DNA of 64,000 nt from a virus: positions 49,847 through 113,846 of IMG/VR virus record IMGVR_UViG_3300035438_000194; one strand, written 5' to 3'. Made by a program: the position numbers and the translations under genes. The notes under the pieces were generated by a model that was given only the letters and a program-made list of their open reading frames with translations, ran no database searches and was not told the DNA's origin. This document shows, one piece after another, positions 1 through 10,037 of this stretch (position 1 is its first letter; every line of letters starts with the position of its first letter).

Positions 1-660
1 GCTATTGCAAGTAAAACAAACTTCTTAACTACTCAGACCGGCCTTCTTGGGGAAGGTAAGATATGGAGACATAACCAAAGAACTGATGCATTTGCAAACT
101 ACTATGGTCAAGACTACCCATTTGAAATTGAGTTTATTAGTAATACAGGACAACAGGTAAACACACTTAAGAGTATTGAGTACCAGTTAGAGTGTTACAC
201 ATACCGCACAGATGGGTTAGATACATACCATGTGCTCGATCACAACTTTGATCATGCTGTAATATCCAACACTGAACAAGTTTCTGGTTTACTTAACTTG
301 AATATTATGCCTAAGAACAATGCACCAGCATTGGTAAACTATCCTGTAGTAAACTTAGGTAGCATTGATATTCTTTATAGTAAAGTAGAACAGAAATATA
401 GATTCAATCAATTCTGGGATATTACTAGAGACCGTGGTGAGTATACTTACCCTAACGTTCAACAACCTATTTGGAATACAGAACTAAATGGTTATATTAG
501 AACACTGAATCCTAACAACTTGAACTATCAGAAACCTGCATTCCAGCATAAGAAGTTTAGACACTACACATCTTATGTACTGTTATACAGAAATGTATCA
601 GGACCTGTGAAAATGTTGTTCAGGTTATCTACTAATAAGAATCTTAACTCACCTAGATAA
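1..660 (+). CDS. C-terminal part of a tail protein (tail stabilization-like), 5'-truncated
   Basis: Frame 1 is open from base 1 (AIASKTNFLTT...IWRHN...FANYYGQDYPFEIEF...LKSIEY) into the listed 232..660 ORF. The IWxHN...YG...PFxIE pattern resembles crAss-like tail protein C-termini, and the gene sits just before the cargo genes. Confidence 0.55.
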   Translation, partial: AIASKTNFLTTQTGLLGEGKIWRHNQRTDAFANYYGQDYPFEIEFISNTGQQVNTLKSIEYQLECYTYRTDGLDTYHVLDHNFDHAVISNTEQVSGLLNLNIMPKNNAPALVNYPVVNLGSIDILYSKVEQKYRFNQFWDITRDRGEYTYPNVQQPIWNTELNGYIRTLNPNNLNYQKPAFQHKKFRHYTSYVLLYRNVSGPVKMLFRLSTNKNLNSPR

Positions 661-1853
661 TGAAAGGTAACGTTACCAAAACAGGATACTGGCCAGATAG
701 TCCAGACAGAAATAATGACTTTAATATCATACCCTCCAATGAAATAACAATGGAGGGTATGGACATGCCTTTAATGGGTGTAAGTAATACAGGTGATAAG
801 AAGCTTATGCTTCCCGGTAAAAATTATAAATTCAAAGGTGAATCAGTTATGGAGACTCCTCTAGACAAAGGTATATTCCTAGGTGCTTACAAACAAGTTG
901 GTGGTCAACTAGTACCACATGATATATCAGTACCTAATCTTAGTAGACAGCAAGGTGGTTCTAATTTTAAAACTAAATTGAATCCTCAAGAGGAACAACA
1001 GTTTAAACAGTTTTACCAAACACTTCCTGGTAACCTAAGAGAGGATGATGCTAGCTATGATACACGTGGTTATTGGGATGCATCAGGAAGACCTTCAGAG
1101 TTTGATTACTCACAGCCTACAGATGAAGATGGTTATTACCATGCGTTTAGTAGACATCCTGAAACCGGTAAGATATTAAAGTCACCAGGACATCCTACAT
1201 TCAAGTATGCTGTAGATAAGACACCTATTGATGGTAACACTTATATACCTACCGTAGGAGTTGACGGTAATGTTTATATGAGAGATCTTAATCAAGATGC
1301 TGAAAGTCTACAAAGACAGAAGGGAGGTCCTGCTAAAAGATTTAATACAAATCTTAGGGGTGCTGAACTTGAAGCATTTAATCAACATGCTCAACAATTT
1401 CCATCATTAACAACAGATACTGGAGATTACGATACACAAGGTTTTTATAAAGAAGTTTATAATAAGAACAATGGTGACATGAATGCAATTACTGCAGCAT
1501 TAACCCCGGGTTCTCCAACAGCGCATGTTGGTAATGATAGGTATAAGAAACCTAATCATCCTACTTTCTCTAAAGAATCAAAGTATCATATACCTGTCTT
1601 AAGACCTGCTGGTGAATGGGGACATAATGAAGAGGGTGATTATGATTACTTCAATGCCTCTAGACGTAATATTAAAAACATGACTAAGTCTGATGGGTCT
1701 CCTTTAGATTATTTTAAAAGAGCGGAAGATTATAATCAAGATGGTACACCCGATGTCAAGTTGTTTTATAAAGGACAACCCGTGTTTAAAGAAGGAGGAT
1801 CAGTAAAGAAGGTTAAGATAAAGTCACTACCTAAGAATTGGAAAACCCAGTAA
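660..1853 (+). CDS. Putative virion protein with an internally duplicated YDTxG...HPTF domain and GG motifs
   Basis: 397-aa ORF coupled to the upstream stop (TAATG). Two similar modules (YDTRGYW..KSPGHPTF and YDTQGFY..KKPNHPTF) each follow an RQxGG motif. Confidence 0.6.
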   Translation: MKGNVTKTGYWPDSPDRNNDFNIIPSNEITMEGMDMPLMGVSNTGDKKLMLPGKNYKFKGESVMETPLDKGIFLGAYKQVGGQLVPHDISVPNLSRQQGGSNFKTKLNPQEEQQFKQFYQTLPGNLREDDASYDTRGYWDASGRPSEFDYSQPTDEDGYYHAFSRHPETGKILKSPGHPTFKYAVDKTPIDGNTYIPTVGVDGNVYMRDLNQDAESLQRQKGGPAKRFNTNLRGAELEAFNQHAQQFPSLTTDTGDYDTQGFYKEVYNKNNGDMNAITAALTPGSPTAHVGNDRYKKPNHPTFSKESKYHIPVLRPAGEWGHNEEGDYDYFNASRRNIKNMTKSDGSPLDYFKRAEDYNQDGTPDVKLFYKGQPVFKEGGSVKKVKIKSLPKNWKTQ

Positions 1854-1872
1854 AAATCAGTATCTTATAAAT

Positions 1873-1888
1873 AATTAGTATATTAGCA
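1873..1888 (+). promoter_or_regulatory. Candidate phage late promoter AATTAGTATATTAGCA
   Basis: 15/16 identical to 36562-36577. The core TATATTAG resembles the Bacteroidota -7 box TAnnTTTG. Intergenic. Confidence 0.5.
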
Positions 1889-1892
1889 AATT

Positions 1893-4448
1893 ATGGATAA
1901 TAACTATCTTTTTTTAGCAATGCAAACCGGAGGTCAGTTATCTCCTGAGCAATTGCAACGTGCCCAACAGATGGGTCAATTACCCCAAATGAATATGGGT
2001 GCAGGTCTTAATGATATTCAGAAAAAGAATATGGCAGAGGCTCAACATTACAATATGTTTAGAAAGGGCGGTGTACCTAAGAGGTATGCTGAAGGTGGAG
2101 AACAAGAAGAGATTGATCAGCAATATATGTCTCCATATACACAATATAATCAGCGTGTATCTGATTTCTTACAGAATCTTAGAGCTACATCAATGAATGC
2201 ATTGCAAGATGAGATGGTTGGTGTTAATGATGAGTATGCTGAAGAAGCTGATCAGATTGAGATGGAACAAGCTCAGTATGGTAGACAAGTATCACAATCT
2301 ACAGTAAACCCTCAGGGTATGGCTGCGGTTAATGCTTGGACTCAAGCTGCTCAAAATACAAAAGATTTAACTAAACCTCTTGCTCAAACAGCAGGACTAA
2401 TGTCTGGTCTTAAAGGATACTTTGGAGATAAAGCGTCTTATGAGGCTAACCCTTATAATGCTGCATGGAATCCTACAAGACTTACTATGACTAATGTAGG
2501 CACCGGTGAGAAGACTGTGACCCGTGCTGGACGTGATGGATTCTTTTCACAACCTGCACCAACAGGTACTCAAGCACCTGCAAATACAAATACTGAAGAA
2601 TGTACCCCAGGTATGAATTGTTTTGAATATGGTGGACAATACTTTCAAATAGGTGGTTCAAACTGGGAACAACAATTGTTTCAAGGTACACCTATGGCTC
2701 CACAACAAGCTCAACCACAACGTGGAACAGGTGACATGTTAAGAGTGCAGCCACAAGGATCTCAGTATAGTGCAGAAGCTATAGCAAATGCAAGAGCTAT
2801 GGGATGGGGTGATGATGTAGCTGGTTATGCTAATTCTGGATGGGGAGTGAATCCGGCAAGTCTACCAAAAACTACTAAAAAGAAATCGGGTACTAAAACT
2901 ACTCCTGCGGCTACTACAACTACAACTGCACCAGCTGCAACTACAGACGCTACTAAAAAAGCTGAAGAGGAAAAGAAAAAAGCTGATGAAGCTAAAAAGG
3001 CTGAAGAAGATAAGAAGGCTAAAGAAGAAGGTAAGACTACAACTACTGAAGAAAAGCCTAAGGAGGAACAAAAGAAAACAGGTGAAGTAGATTACTTAGC
3101 AATGTTAGCAGATCCAACTGGTCAGAATGCTGGGGGAGTGTATAGAACTGATAAGAATGGTAATCCTGTTCCTATGGCTTTCTATGATCCAAACATGCGT
3201 TTGACAGGAATGGATGCTACATATAGAAACAATGCTGCGTCATGGTTTAGAAAGAATAAGAAACCTGGGCAGATGAAGTCTGTATCATTTGACTTTGCAT
3301 CAGGAACACCTTATACAGTTCCTGGTACACAAACTCCTGCTGCAAATACAACAGCACCAACTGTTGCAAATAATGCAACAACTCCACAACCTGGAACTAC
3401 AACAACTCCAGCTAGTAATCAATCAGCACCAGCTGCTCAACCAGTACCTAACCAAACTAGTAGATTTTTCCCACAGGCTCCACAGCCTACAACAACATAT
3501 CCAGGAGGACCATTTCCTGCTGGTAATGTAAGTGATGCTAACTTTATAGATGAGCAATGGAAAGAAGCTGCTGCTAACTGGCGTCCTGGTATGCAATGGA
3601 ATGGTCCGCAAAATATGCTACCGTCATCTATTAGACAGACTCCAAAAGTAGCACCAGGATCAGCAACTCAAAGTATGATTGCTCCTAGTATTACACCAGG
3701 TATGCAGAATGTATTTCCTTACGCTCCTGCAACAGGTCCTGTACAACCTCAAGTTCAACCACAAGCTCCTGCTCCTCTTTCAGGAAGAGAACAAAGACAG
3801 CAAATAAGACAAACTGGTAGAGAGAACAGACGCAACTCAATTGAAGAAGCTAATAGAAGAGCAGCTGAAGAAATTCAAAAAGCTATACAAGGTTATGCTT
3901 ATGGAGGTCAGTACTTTCAAATAGGTGGTGAAGAAGAAGGTATTGGAGTTTTAGCAAATCCTGTAGCACCAGAAACTAATACCAATTTCTTTGAGACTGG
4001 TTTATTACCTAAAGCAGAAGAATCAAACTATATGTCTCCAGCTTTACCAGGTGAAACTGTTATAGAACAAGACAAGATGTTTAGAGCCACTTATGATAAG
4101 AATAAGAAGAGTAATCCATTCTTTGCTCCAGCTATGTTAGCTGGTCTTAATCTAGTAGCAGGTGCTGCTGAAAATATGGATGCTAAAAAGAAAGAAAAAG
4201 AAGCAAGAGGTAAGTTTTCATATGATCAAATCTATACTGCTAACCCTGAGACATCAGGTAGCAGAGGTGACTGGACAGTCAATGAAGGTTACAAGAGACC
4301 TAATGATACGGTAGCAACTCAGTTTACTGGAGCTGGTAGACAAATGCAATGGGGTGGAGCTTATGCTGAAGGTGATGAACTATACTTAGATGAAGATGCA
4401 ATCCAAGCATTCTTAGCAGCAGGTGGTCAGTTAGATTATTTAGATTAA
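1893..4448 (+). CDS. Putative internal virion/cargo protein, low complexity (Q/P/T/A/K/E-rich), multiple xxxGG motifs
   Basis: 851-aa ORF; YGGQYFQIGG occurs twice; a hydrophobic Gly/Ala segment lies near the C-terminus. Confidence 0.6.
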   Translation: MDNNYLFLAMQTGGQLSPEQLQRAQQMGQLPQMNMGAGLNDIQKKNMAEAQHYNMFRKGGVPKRYAEGGEQEEIDQQYMSPYTQYNQRVSDFLQNLRATSMNALQDEMVGVNDEYAEEADQIEMEQAQYGRQVSQSTVNPQGMAAVNAWTQAAQNTKDLTKPLAQTAGLMSGLKGYFGDKASYEANPYNAAWNPTRLTMTNVGTGEKTVTRAGRDGFFSQPAPTGTQAPANTNTEECTPGMNCFEYGGQYFQIGGSNWEQQLFQGTPMAPQQAQPQRGTGDMLRVQPQGSQYSAEAIANARAMGWGDDVAGYANSGWGVNPASLPKTTKKKSGTKTTPAATTTTTAPAATTDATKKAEEEKKKADEAKKAEEDKKAKEEGKTTTTEEKPKEEQKKTGEVDYLAMLADPTGQNAGGVYRTDKNGNPVPMAFYDPNMRLTGMDATYRNNAASWFRKNKKPGQMKSVSFDFASGTPYTVPGTQTPAANTTAPTVANNATTPQPGTTTTPASNQSAPAAQPVPNQTSRFFPQAPQPTTTYPGGPFPAGNVSDANFIDEQWKEAAANWRPGMQWNGPQNMLPSSIRQTPKVAPGSATQSMIAPSITPGMQNVFPYAPATGPVQPQVQPQAPAPLSGREQRQQIRQTGRENRRNSIEEANRRAAEEIQKAIQGYAYGGQYFQIGGEEEGIGVLANPVAPETNTNFFETGLLPKAEESNYMSPALPGETVIEQDKMFRATYDKNKKSNPFFAPAMLAGLNLVAGAAENMDAKKKEKEARGKFSYDQIYTANPETSGSRGDWTVNEGYKRPNDTVATQFTGAGRQMQWGGAYAEGDELYLDEDAIQAFLAAGGQLDYLD

Positions 4449-4451
4449 GCT

Positions 4452-7130
4452 ATGAGAAAAGTAAAAATTACAGGTTTACCAAAAAATGCCAAAGGCGGTA
4501 CAGCTCCAACAAGTTTGTACAAACAGATAGCGCCTAGCTATATGGCTGACTCTTTATCTACTAAAGAGTTAAAAAAGAAAACTACCTTAGGACCTGTACC
4601 TGAGGGTATGGCTAATCTTGAGGCGGAGAAGGGTGAAACAGCACTTGTTCCAGATGTTGATGGTTTACCAGCTCACTACCAGATTGGTGGTAAGCGTCAC
4701 TCACAAGGTGGTACTCCATTAAACTTACCAGAGAACTCATTTATCTTTAGTGATACATCTTCTATGAAGATTAAAGATCCTAAAGTTCTTGAGGAGTTTG
4801 GTATGCCTAAGAAGAAAGGTGGTTATACTCCAGCTGATGTAGCTAAAAGATATGATATCAATAAGTACCGCGAGATACTTTCTGATACAACTACAGACAA
4901 GATGGCTAAGGAGACAGCTGAGAAGATGATCTCTAACTATAACGTTAAGTTAGCTAAGCTTGCTTTATATCAAGAATCTAAGAAAGGTTTTCCTGATGGT
5001 ATTCCTACAGTAGCATTACCATACTTAGCAATGAATGCTGTTCAACCTCAGGATATATTACCTCTAAAAGAGGCTCAGACTCCCGCAATGCAAGGAGCTG
5101 AAGCTGAAGTTGAAGCTGCAAGTAATCCTACTGAGGCACAATTTGAAGCACAGCAAACTGAACCAATGGCTCGCTATGGTGGTGTTGCTAATAAGATTAA
5201 AGGTAACCCTTTGCTTAAGAAAGTATACGCTAAGTTAGGTGGATCTAAAAACAGATTCAAACCTGAGACTGGTATATATATGACTATGGCTGAAGGGGGT
5301 CCTGTATTTACTGATGGTAATGGTGTACAGTATTCTAAGAATACAAGTGACATTGATATTCCAGCTATGTTTGGATATGGTGGTCAAGCAATGTATCAGA
5401 AAGGTGGTGATGTACCAAACACTCCTGTAGATGCTTCTAAACCAGCTGATAATAAAATACCAGAGGGTAAGATTAAAAAGATTGATGATCCTTCACTAGC
5501 TGTAGGTGATTACTATAAAGATGCTGAAGGTAAAGTTAGAAAGGTAACTAAGATTAAGGCTACTGATAAAGTAGTAAACAAGTCTGTATCTGGTAAAGAG
5601 AACTACAAGCCTAAGTATGGTTCTGTAGAAGAAGATGTAAAGAAAGCTGAAGAGATCATGAAAGGTCTTGAAGCTAAAGGTTACGCTAAGAAAGGTGATA
5701 CAGGATGGATTGTATATAGAGGTGCTGCTAAAGCATTGAACCTACAAGATAAAGACTTCTTAACTGGACTATCTTCTTATAACAAAGGAGAAGACGGTAA
5801 GTCACTTGGTGCCCCAGGATTTAAAATTGCTAAGCAATCCTCATATGAGGACAAGACTATGAAGAAAAGAGTTAGTGATGGCTTCTATGGCTATGCTGAC
5901 CCAAGCATGGTTGAGTTACGTTACTGGCAGGCAAGAAATCCAAATGCTCCTATAGAAGAGTTTGATAAACTTGATGATAAAGCTAAGGTTCAGAACCGTA
6001 AGGAAATGCTTAAGTTTTATAACTACTCAGATGATGAGATTAACAAACTAGGTGATGCTATCAATGACCCTGCTAAGTTATATACCAAAGACTTTGTATC
6101 TAATAAAGAAAAAGGTTTAGTAAAGAGAAACCAACAGAAGTTTGAGACTTCAGGTTATCGTTCTCAATTAGGAGATGACTTTATGTTTGGTCTTGAGCAT
6201 ATGGACAAGTACAATATGGAGATGGCTCCAGAAGGTGATCTTGCTGATGCAGAAGTTACTAAAGAAAAGGATAACAAAGAGATACCAAAAAATGAATCAG
6301 AAGATCCAGCAGCTAAGCCTCAGATGGGTCCTGAGTGGTGGTTACAAGATGTAATCAAAACTGCAGGAGCTGCTGGTGATATGGCTCGTGTGCAAAAACG
6401 TTTACCTTGGGCACCTAAGTTAAACCCTGTATTAATGGATCCTACATTCTATGATCCAACTAGAGAGTTAGCTGCTACACAAGAACAGTATAACATAGGT
6501 ATGCAAGGAGCAACTGCTTATGCACCATCTCAAGCTTTGAATTCTCGTCAGTCTCAAATGGCTGGTCAAGGAGCTAAAGCTGCAGCAGATATACTAGGTA
6601 GATACAACAATATGAATGTAGGTCAAGCTAATCAGTTCTCAGCAACTAAAGCACAAGTCCTAAATCAGGCTAATGCAAGCAATGCTGAGATTACTAAAGG
6701 ATTGTTTGATGCTACTACTATTGCTAATCAGCAGTATGACAACGCTAAGAACCAAGCTCGCCAAGAATTACGTCAGTCTTACATTGATGCAATTACTAAT
6801 AAGGAACAAGCATATGCGTTGAACCAACTGTACCCTAACTATCAGATTGATCCTTCTCAAGGAGGTAGACTTATATTTTCAGGCGGTGATGATCTTACTG
6901 GTCAAACTACTGGAGATAACGCTAGTGTTGCAGCATTTAAGAAACTTAAGGATGATCCAGCTATGCAAGGTATAGATGATAACACATTGCTTCAGTTGGT
7001 TACAGGTAAGGGTTATACTCAACAACCTAAGTCTGAAAGTGACTCATGGTTGGCAGCAATGCAGAATATAGCTCCGGGTGGTGCAGGATTAGGACCTTAC
7101 TACCAACAAGGACCAGAGGATCAAGGATAA
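4452..7130 (+). CDS. Putative internal virion/cargo protein
   Basis: 892-aa ORF; the EAEKGET...GKRHSQGG...FIFSD motif resembles crAss-like virion proteins; Q/N/A-rich coiled C-terminus. Confidence 0.6.
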   Translation: MRKVKITGLPKNAKGGTAPTSLYKQIAPSYMADSLSTKELKKKTTLGPVPEGMANLEAEKGETALVPDVDGLPAHYQIGGKRHSQGGTPLNLPENSFIFSDTSSMKIKDPKVLEEFGMPKKKGGYTPADVAKRYDINKYREILSDTTTDKMAKETAEKMISNYNVKLAKLALYQESKKGFPDGIPTVALPYLAMNAVQPQDILPLKEAQTPAMQGAEAEVEAASNPTEAQFEAQQTEPMARYGGVANKIKGNPLLKKVYAKLGGSKNRFKPETGIYMTMAEGGPVFTDGNGVQYSKNTSDIDIPAMFGYGGQAMYQKGGDVPNTPVDASKPADNKIPEGKIKKIDDPSLAVGDYYKDAEGKVRKVTKIKATDKVVNKSVSGKENYKPKYGSVEEDVKKAEEIMKGLEAKGYAKKGDTGWIVYRGAAKALNLQDKDFLTGLSSYNKGEDGKSLGAPGFKIAKQSSYEDKTMKKRVSDGFYGYADPSMVELRYWQARNPNAPIEEFDKLDDKAKVQNRKEMLKFYNYSDDEINKLGDAINDPAKLYTKDFVSNKEKGLVKRNQQKFETSGYRSQLGDDFMFGLEHMDKYNMEMAPEGDLADAEVTKEKDNKEIPKNESEDPAAKPQMGPEWWLQDVIKTAGAAGDMARVQKRLPWAPKLNPVLMDPTFYDPTRELAATQEQYNIGMQGATAYAPSQALNSRQSQMAGQGAKAAADILGRYNNMNVGQANQFSATKAQVLNQANASNAEITKGLFDATTIANQQYDNAKNQARQELRQSYIDAITNKEQAYALNQLYPNYQIDPSQGGRLIFSGGDDLTGQTTGDNASVAAFKKLKDDPAMQGIDDNTLLQLVTGKGYTQQPKSESDSWLAAMQNIAPGGAGLGPYYQQGPEDQG

Positions 7131-7179
7131 CTCTTAAAAGTTTAAACTTAAATCATTTAATAAACTTCTAAGATTTTAT

Positions 7180-7191
7180 TTGTATATTTAC
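7180..7191 (+). promoter_or_regulatory. Candidate promoter (TTGTATATTTAC)
   Basis: TATATTTA variant of TAnnTTTG in a 71-bp AT-rich intergenic gap; the same 12-mer occurs at 58045-58056. Confidence 0.4.
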
Positions 7192-7201
7192 AATATAAAC
7201 T

Positions 7202-10033
7202 ATGGCAACGTACTTACAAGGTGTAACCGATTATATCCCACAGATTCAACCCTTCAAACCGGACTTGAATTTCTATCAGGGAGTGCTTGAAACTAAACAG
7301 GCACAATACAAGGCTGGCTATGACCAGCTTAACAACATTTATGGAACTATGCTTAACTCAGAGTTGTCTCGTACAGATAACAATGAGAGAAGAGATGAGT
7401 TCTTTAATAAGATTCAGACAGACATTCAGAAGATATCTGGTTTAGATCTTTCTCGCAATGAGAATGTTGAGGCGGCACAAAAAGTATTCCAACCTATTAT
7501 TGATGATAAGTACATCCTTAAAGACATGTCTTTTACCAAATCTTACAGAAGAGAACAAGGTAAGGCTGATGCTTTTATGAATTGTACAGATGAAAAGAAG
7601 TGTGGTGGTAAGTATTGGGAAGGTGGTGTAAGAGCTTTAGATTATCAGAGACAAGACTTTATGGATGCTGATATTGACCAATCACTTGGTTATCAGAATC
7701 CAACGTATACTCCTTATGTTAACGTGTATAAGAAAGCTATGGACTTTGCTAAGGACATGGGCTTTGATACTAAAACTGTAAGCTGGAGTCCAGACGGTAG
7801 ATATATTATTACTACCAAGAACGGTCCTCAGATGGTTACAGGATTAACTGATGCTTTTGTAAATGCATTTGCTGGTGACCCTACGGTTACAGGTATGTAT
7901 AAAACACAAGCGTACTTAGATAGAAAAGATTATACATCAGCAAACGCTGAAAGATTTGGTGGTGATAAAGTAGCTGCTGAAAAAGAATACCTTGTTGCAG
8001 AATCTAATAAGATTAACGAGTACATGCGTAACCTTCAAGCTCAAGCTGAAAAGGACAAAGAACAAGTTAAAGTAACTAAGGCTGCTGCACAAGAATCTGT
8101 AGAGAAGACTCCAATCAATCCTGATCTTGACCAAGGCTTTGCTGCTATGATCAATGGTTTGGATGCAGATGAGCAAAATGCTAATACAGTAGCTACTGTA
8201 GCAACAGAAAGTTTAGATGCAACAAATGGTATAGACTACAATAAGATGAGTCTAGAAGCATTGCGTTACAGAGTTGATACAGCTAAAGCTAATCAGTTAT
8301 TATACTCTGATATGGCTGGCGCTGCTGAGAACTATGCAATGAATACTATGGAACAAGAAGTAGAGGTAGACAAGTATGCCTTTGCTAACTTTGAACATGG
8401 TCTTAGAATGTCTGAGATTGCTTATAAGGATTCTCTTGAGCAAGCAAAAAAGAAAAAGGAAGATGAAGAGGAAGCTGCACTAGAAGCTGAGTATACCTTA
8501 AATGGTGAAATGGGAACTCCTGTAGATACTGGTGCTGACAGCGGTCTAGTAGACATGCAGAAACTTATTACAGATGCTCAGAATGAATCTGTTAGTGAAG
8601 TTACTGGTGCAACTGATAAGAAGTCATTGTATGTATATGAAAAGTTAAATACAATTGCTAACGGTTCTGGATACACAGATGCACAAAGAGCATCAGCTAA
8701 AGCGTCAATGCAAAATATCTTTGGTGGATTAGGTAGTACAGATGCTGAAATACGCGAGGCATTATCTACTGGTGGTCAAGGTGGTCTAGCTGAAATGTGG
8801 GGAACATTTAAAAAAGCAGTAAGAGGTAAAGACCTTAACGCTAAACTTGACGCATTTACTTCAACAGGAGGTAACGGTTTATTTAGAGAGGATGCTGCAT
8901 TCTCTGCAGATATGGCTAGATTTGATGCTCAGTTGGAACCAGCTAAGATGAAAGCTGAAGCTATTACTCAGGCTACTAAAGAAAACAATAAGGCTGTTAG
9001 ACAGCAAATGATAGCTGAAGGTATGGATCCTACTAAAGCAGATATGTTCATTGATGCTTCAGGAAATCTACGTGGAGTTAGTGAATTCAAGAAACGTTGG
9101 AACGGTAAGTATGGTGATAACTATATGATCAATGACTGGGAGGACGGTTTAGATGATTTACAAGAAAGATATAAGAAAATATATAATGGTGGTAAAGTTC
9201 CTATCAAATCTCACTTACAAGGTATGGATGAAGTAGGAGCAAGTGGTTTGCATGCTATGGCTACTATGTTTAGCATGGACCCTGCACAACTTGGAGGAAT
9301 GCGTACTAAAGCTAAGGAATTATATCAATCTGATATTATGCCAGCTATGATGGATCCTGCTAAAGGTAACGCACGTTTCTTTACTGGAGATATTATTGGC
9401 AAAGATGCAGATGATATTGCTGATCTAGAAGTAGATGGTGAAGACGCTGTATTAGCTAAGAACATGCTTAATGACATTATGCGTTCTGCATTCACTACTA
9501 AGTGGAAAGGTGAGAAAGCTGAAAGACCTACAATGGATATCACAAGACACTCTCTAGTAGGGGGTGATCCTAATAAAGTAGGTGTTACATTTACCATTAA
9601 CCAAAACTATATTGACGGGTTCAAAGGTTCTGCAAAAGAAAAAGGACTGTTAAATAGTATGTTTGGAGCAGCTGGTAACAATAAGATATCAGTTGTAATG
9701 GATAAGAAAGCTGCTAACTCAACGTTCTTTAGAGAGCTTGAGCCAACACCAGTAGAATATGTATTCAACAGTAAGGGTAGCATAGCAGTTAATGCGTTCG
9801 CTAACACAGCAGGGGCTGCTACTATTTCTAAAACACCAAGTGGATTTATTTCTATTACGGGTAATATGAAGGTGTTTGATCCAGACTCAGGAAGACTTGT
9901 AGACATGCCTAATGCGTGGAACGGTTTACTTGAGAATGATGCAAATATTAATGATGCATACGCAATGGTTACCCAAGCTTTACATGAACAAGCTCAAGAC
10001 AACATAGCTCAGTCTAGAGGCTTAATAAAATAA
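7202..10033 (+). CDS. Putative virion (ejected) protein
   Basis: 943-aa, largely helical ORF directly upstream of the giant-protein cluster. Confidence 0.55.
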   Translation: MATYLQGVTDYIPQIQPFKPDLNFYQGVLETKQAQYKAGYDQLNNIYGTMLNSELSRTDNNERRDEFFNKIQTDIQKISGLDLSRNENVEAAQKVFQPIIDDKYILKDMSFTKSYRREQGKADAFMNCTDEKKCGGKYWEGGVRALDYQRQDFMDADIDQSLGYQNPTYTPYVNVYKKAMDFAKDMGFDTKTVSWSPDGRYIITTKNGPQMVTGLTDAFVNAFAGDPTVTGMYKTQAYLDRKDYTSANAERFGGDKVAAEKEYLVAESNKINEYMRNLQAQAEKDKEQVKVTKAAAQESVEKTPINPDLDQGFAAMINGLDADEQNANTVATVATESLDATNGIDYNKMSLEALRYRVDTAKANQLLYSDMAGAAENYAMNTMEQEVEVDKYAFANFEHGLRMSEIAYKDSLEQAKKKKEDEEEAALEAEYTLNGEMGTPVDTGADSGLVDMQKLITDAQNESVSEVTGATDKKSLYVYEKLNTIANGSGYTDAQRASAKASMQNIFGGLGSTDAEIREALSTGGQGGLAEMWGTFKKAVRGKDLNAKLDAFTSTGGNGLFREDAAFSADMARFDAQLEPAKMKAEAITQATKENNKAVRQQMIAEGMDPTKADMFIDASGNLRGVSEFKKRWNGKYGDNYMINDWEDGLDDLQERYKKIYNGGKVPIKSHLQGMDEVGASGLHAMATMFSMDPAQLGGMRTKAKELYQSDIMPAMMDPAKGNARFFTGDIIGKDADDIADLEVDGEDAVLAKNMLNDIMRSAFTTKWKGEKAERPTMDITRHSLVGGDPNKVGVTFTINQNYIDGFKGSAKEKGLLNSMFGAAGNNKISVVMDKKAANSTFFRELEPTPVEYVFNSKGSIAVNAFANTAGAATISKTPSGFISITGNMKVFDPDSGRLVDMPNAWNGLLENDANINDAYAMVTQALHEQAQDNIAQSRGLIK

Positions 10034-10037
10034 TTTT

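Noticed and set aside
2870-3480. Apparent short tandem repeats (ACTACA/GCT, GAAGAA/AAG)
   Set aside because: Low-complexity T/A/P and K/E linker coding; not a CRISPR array, iterons or a DGR repeat.
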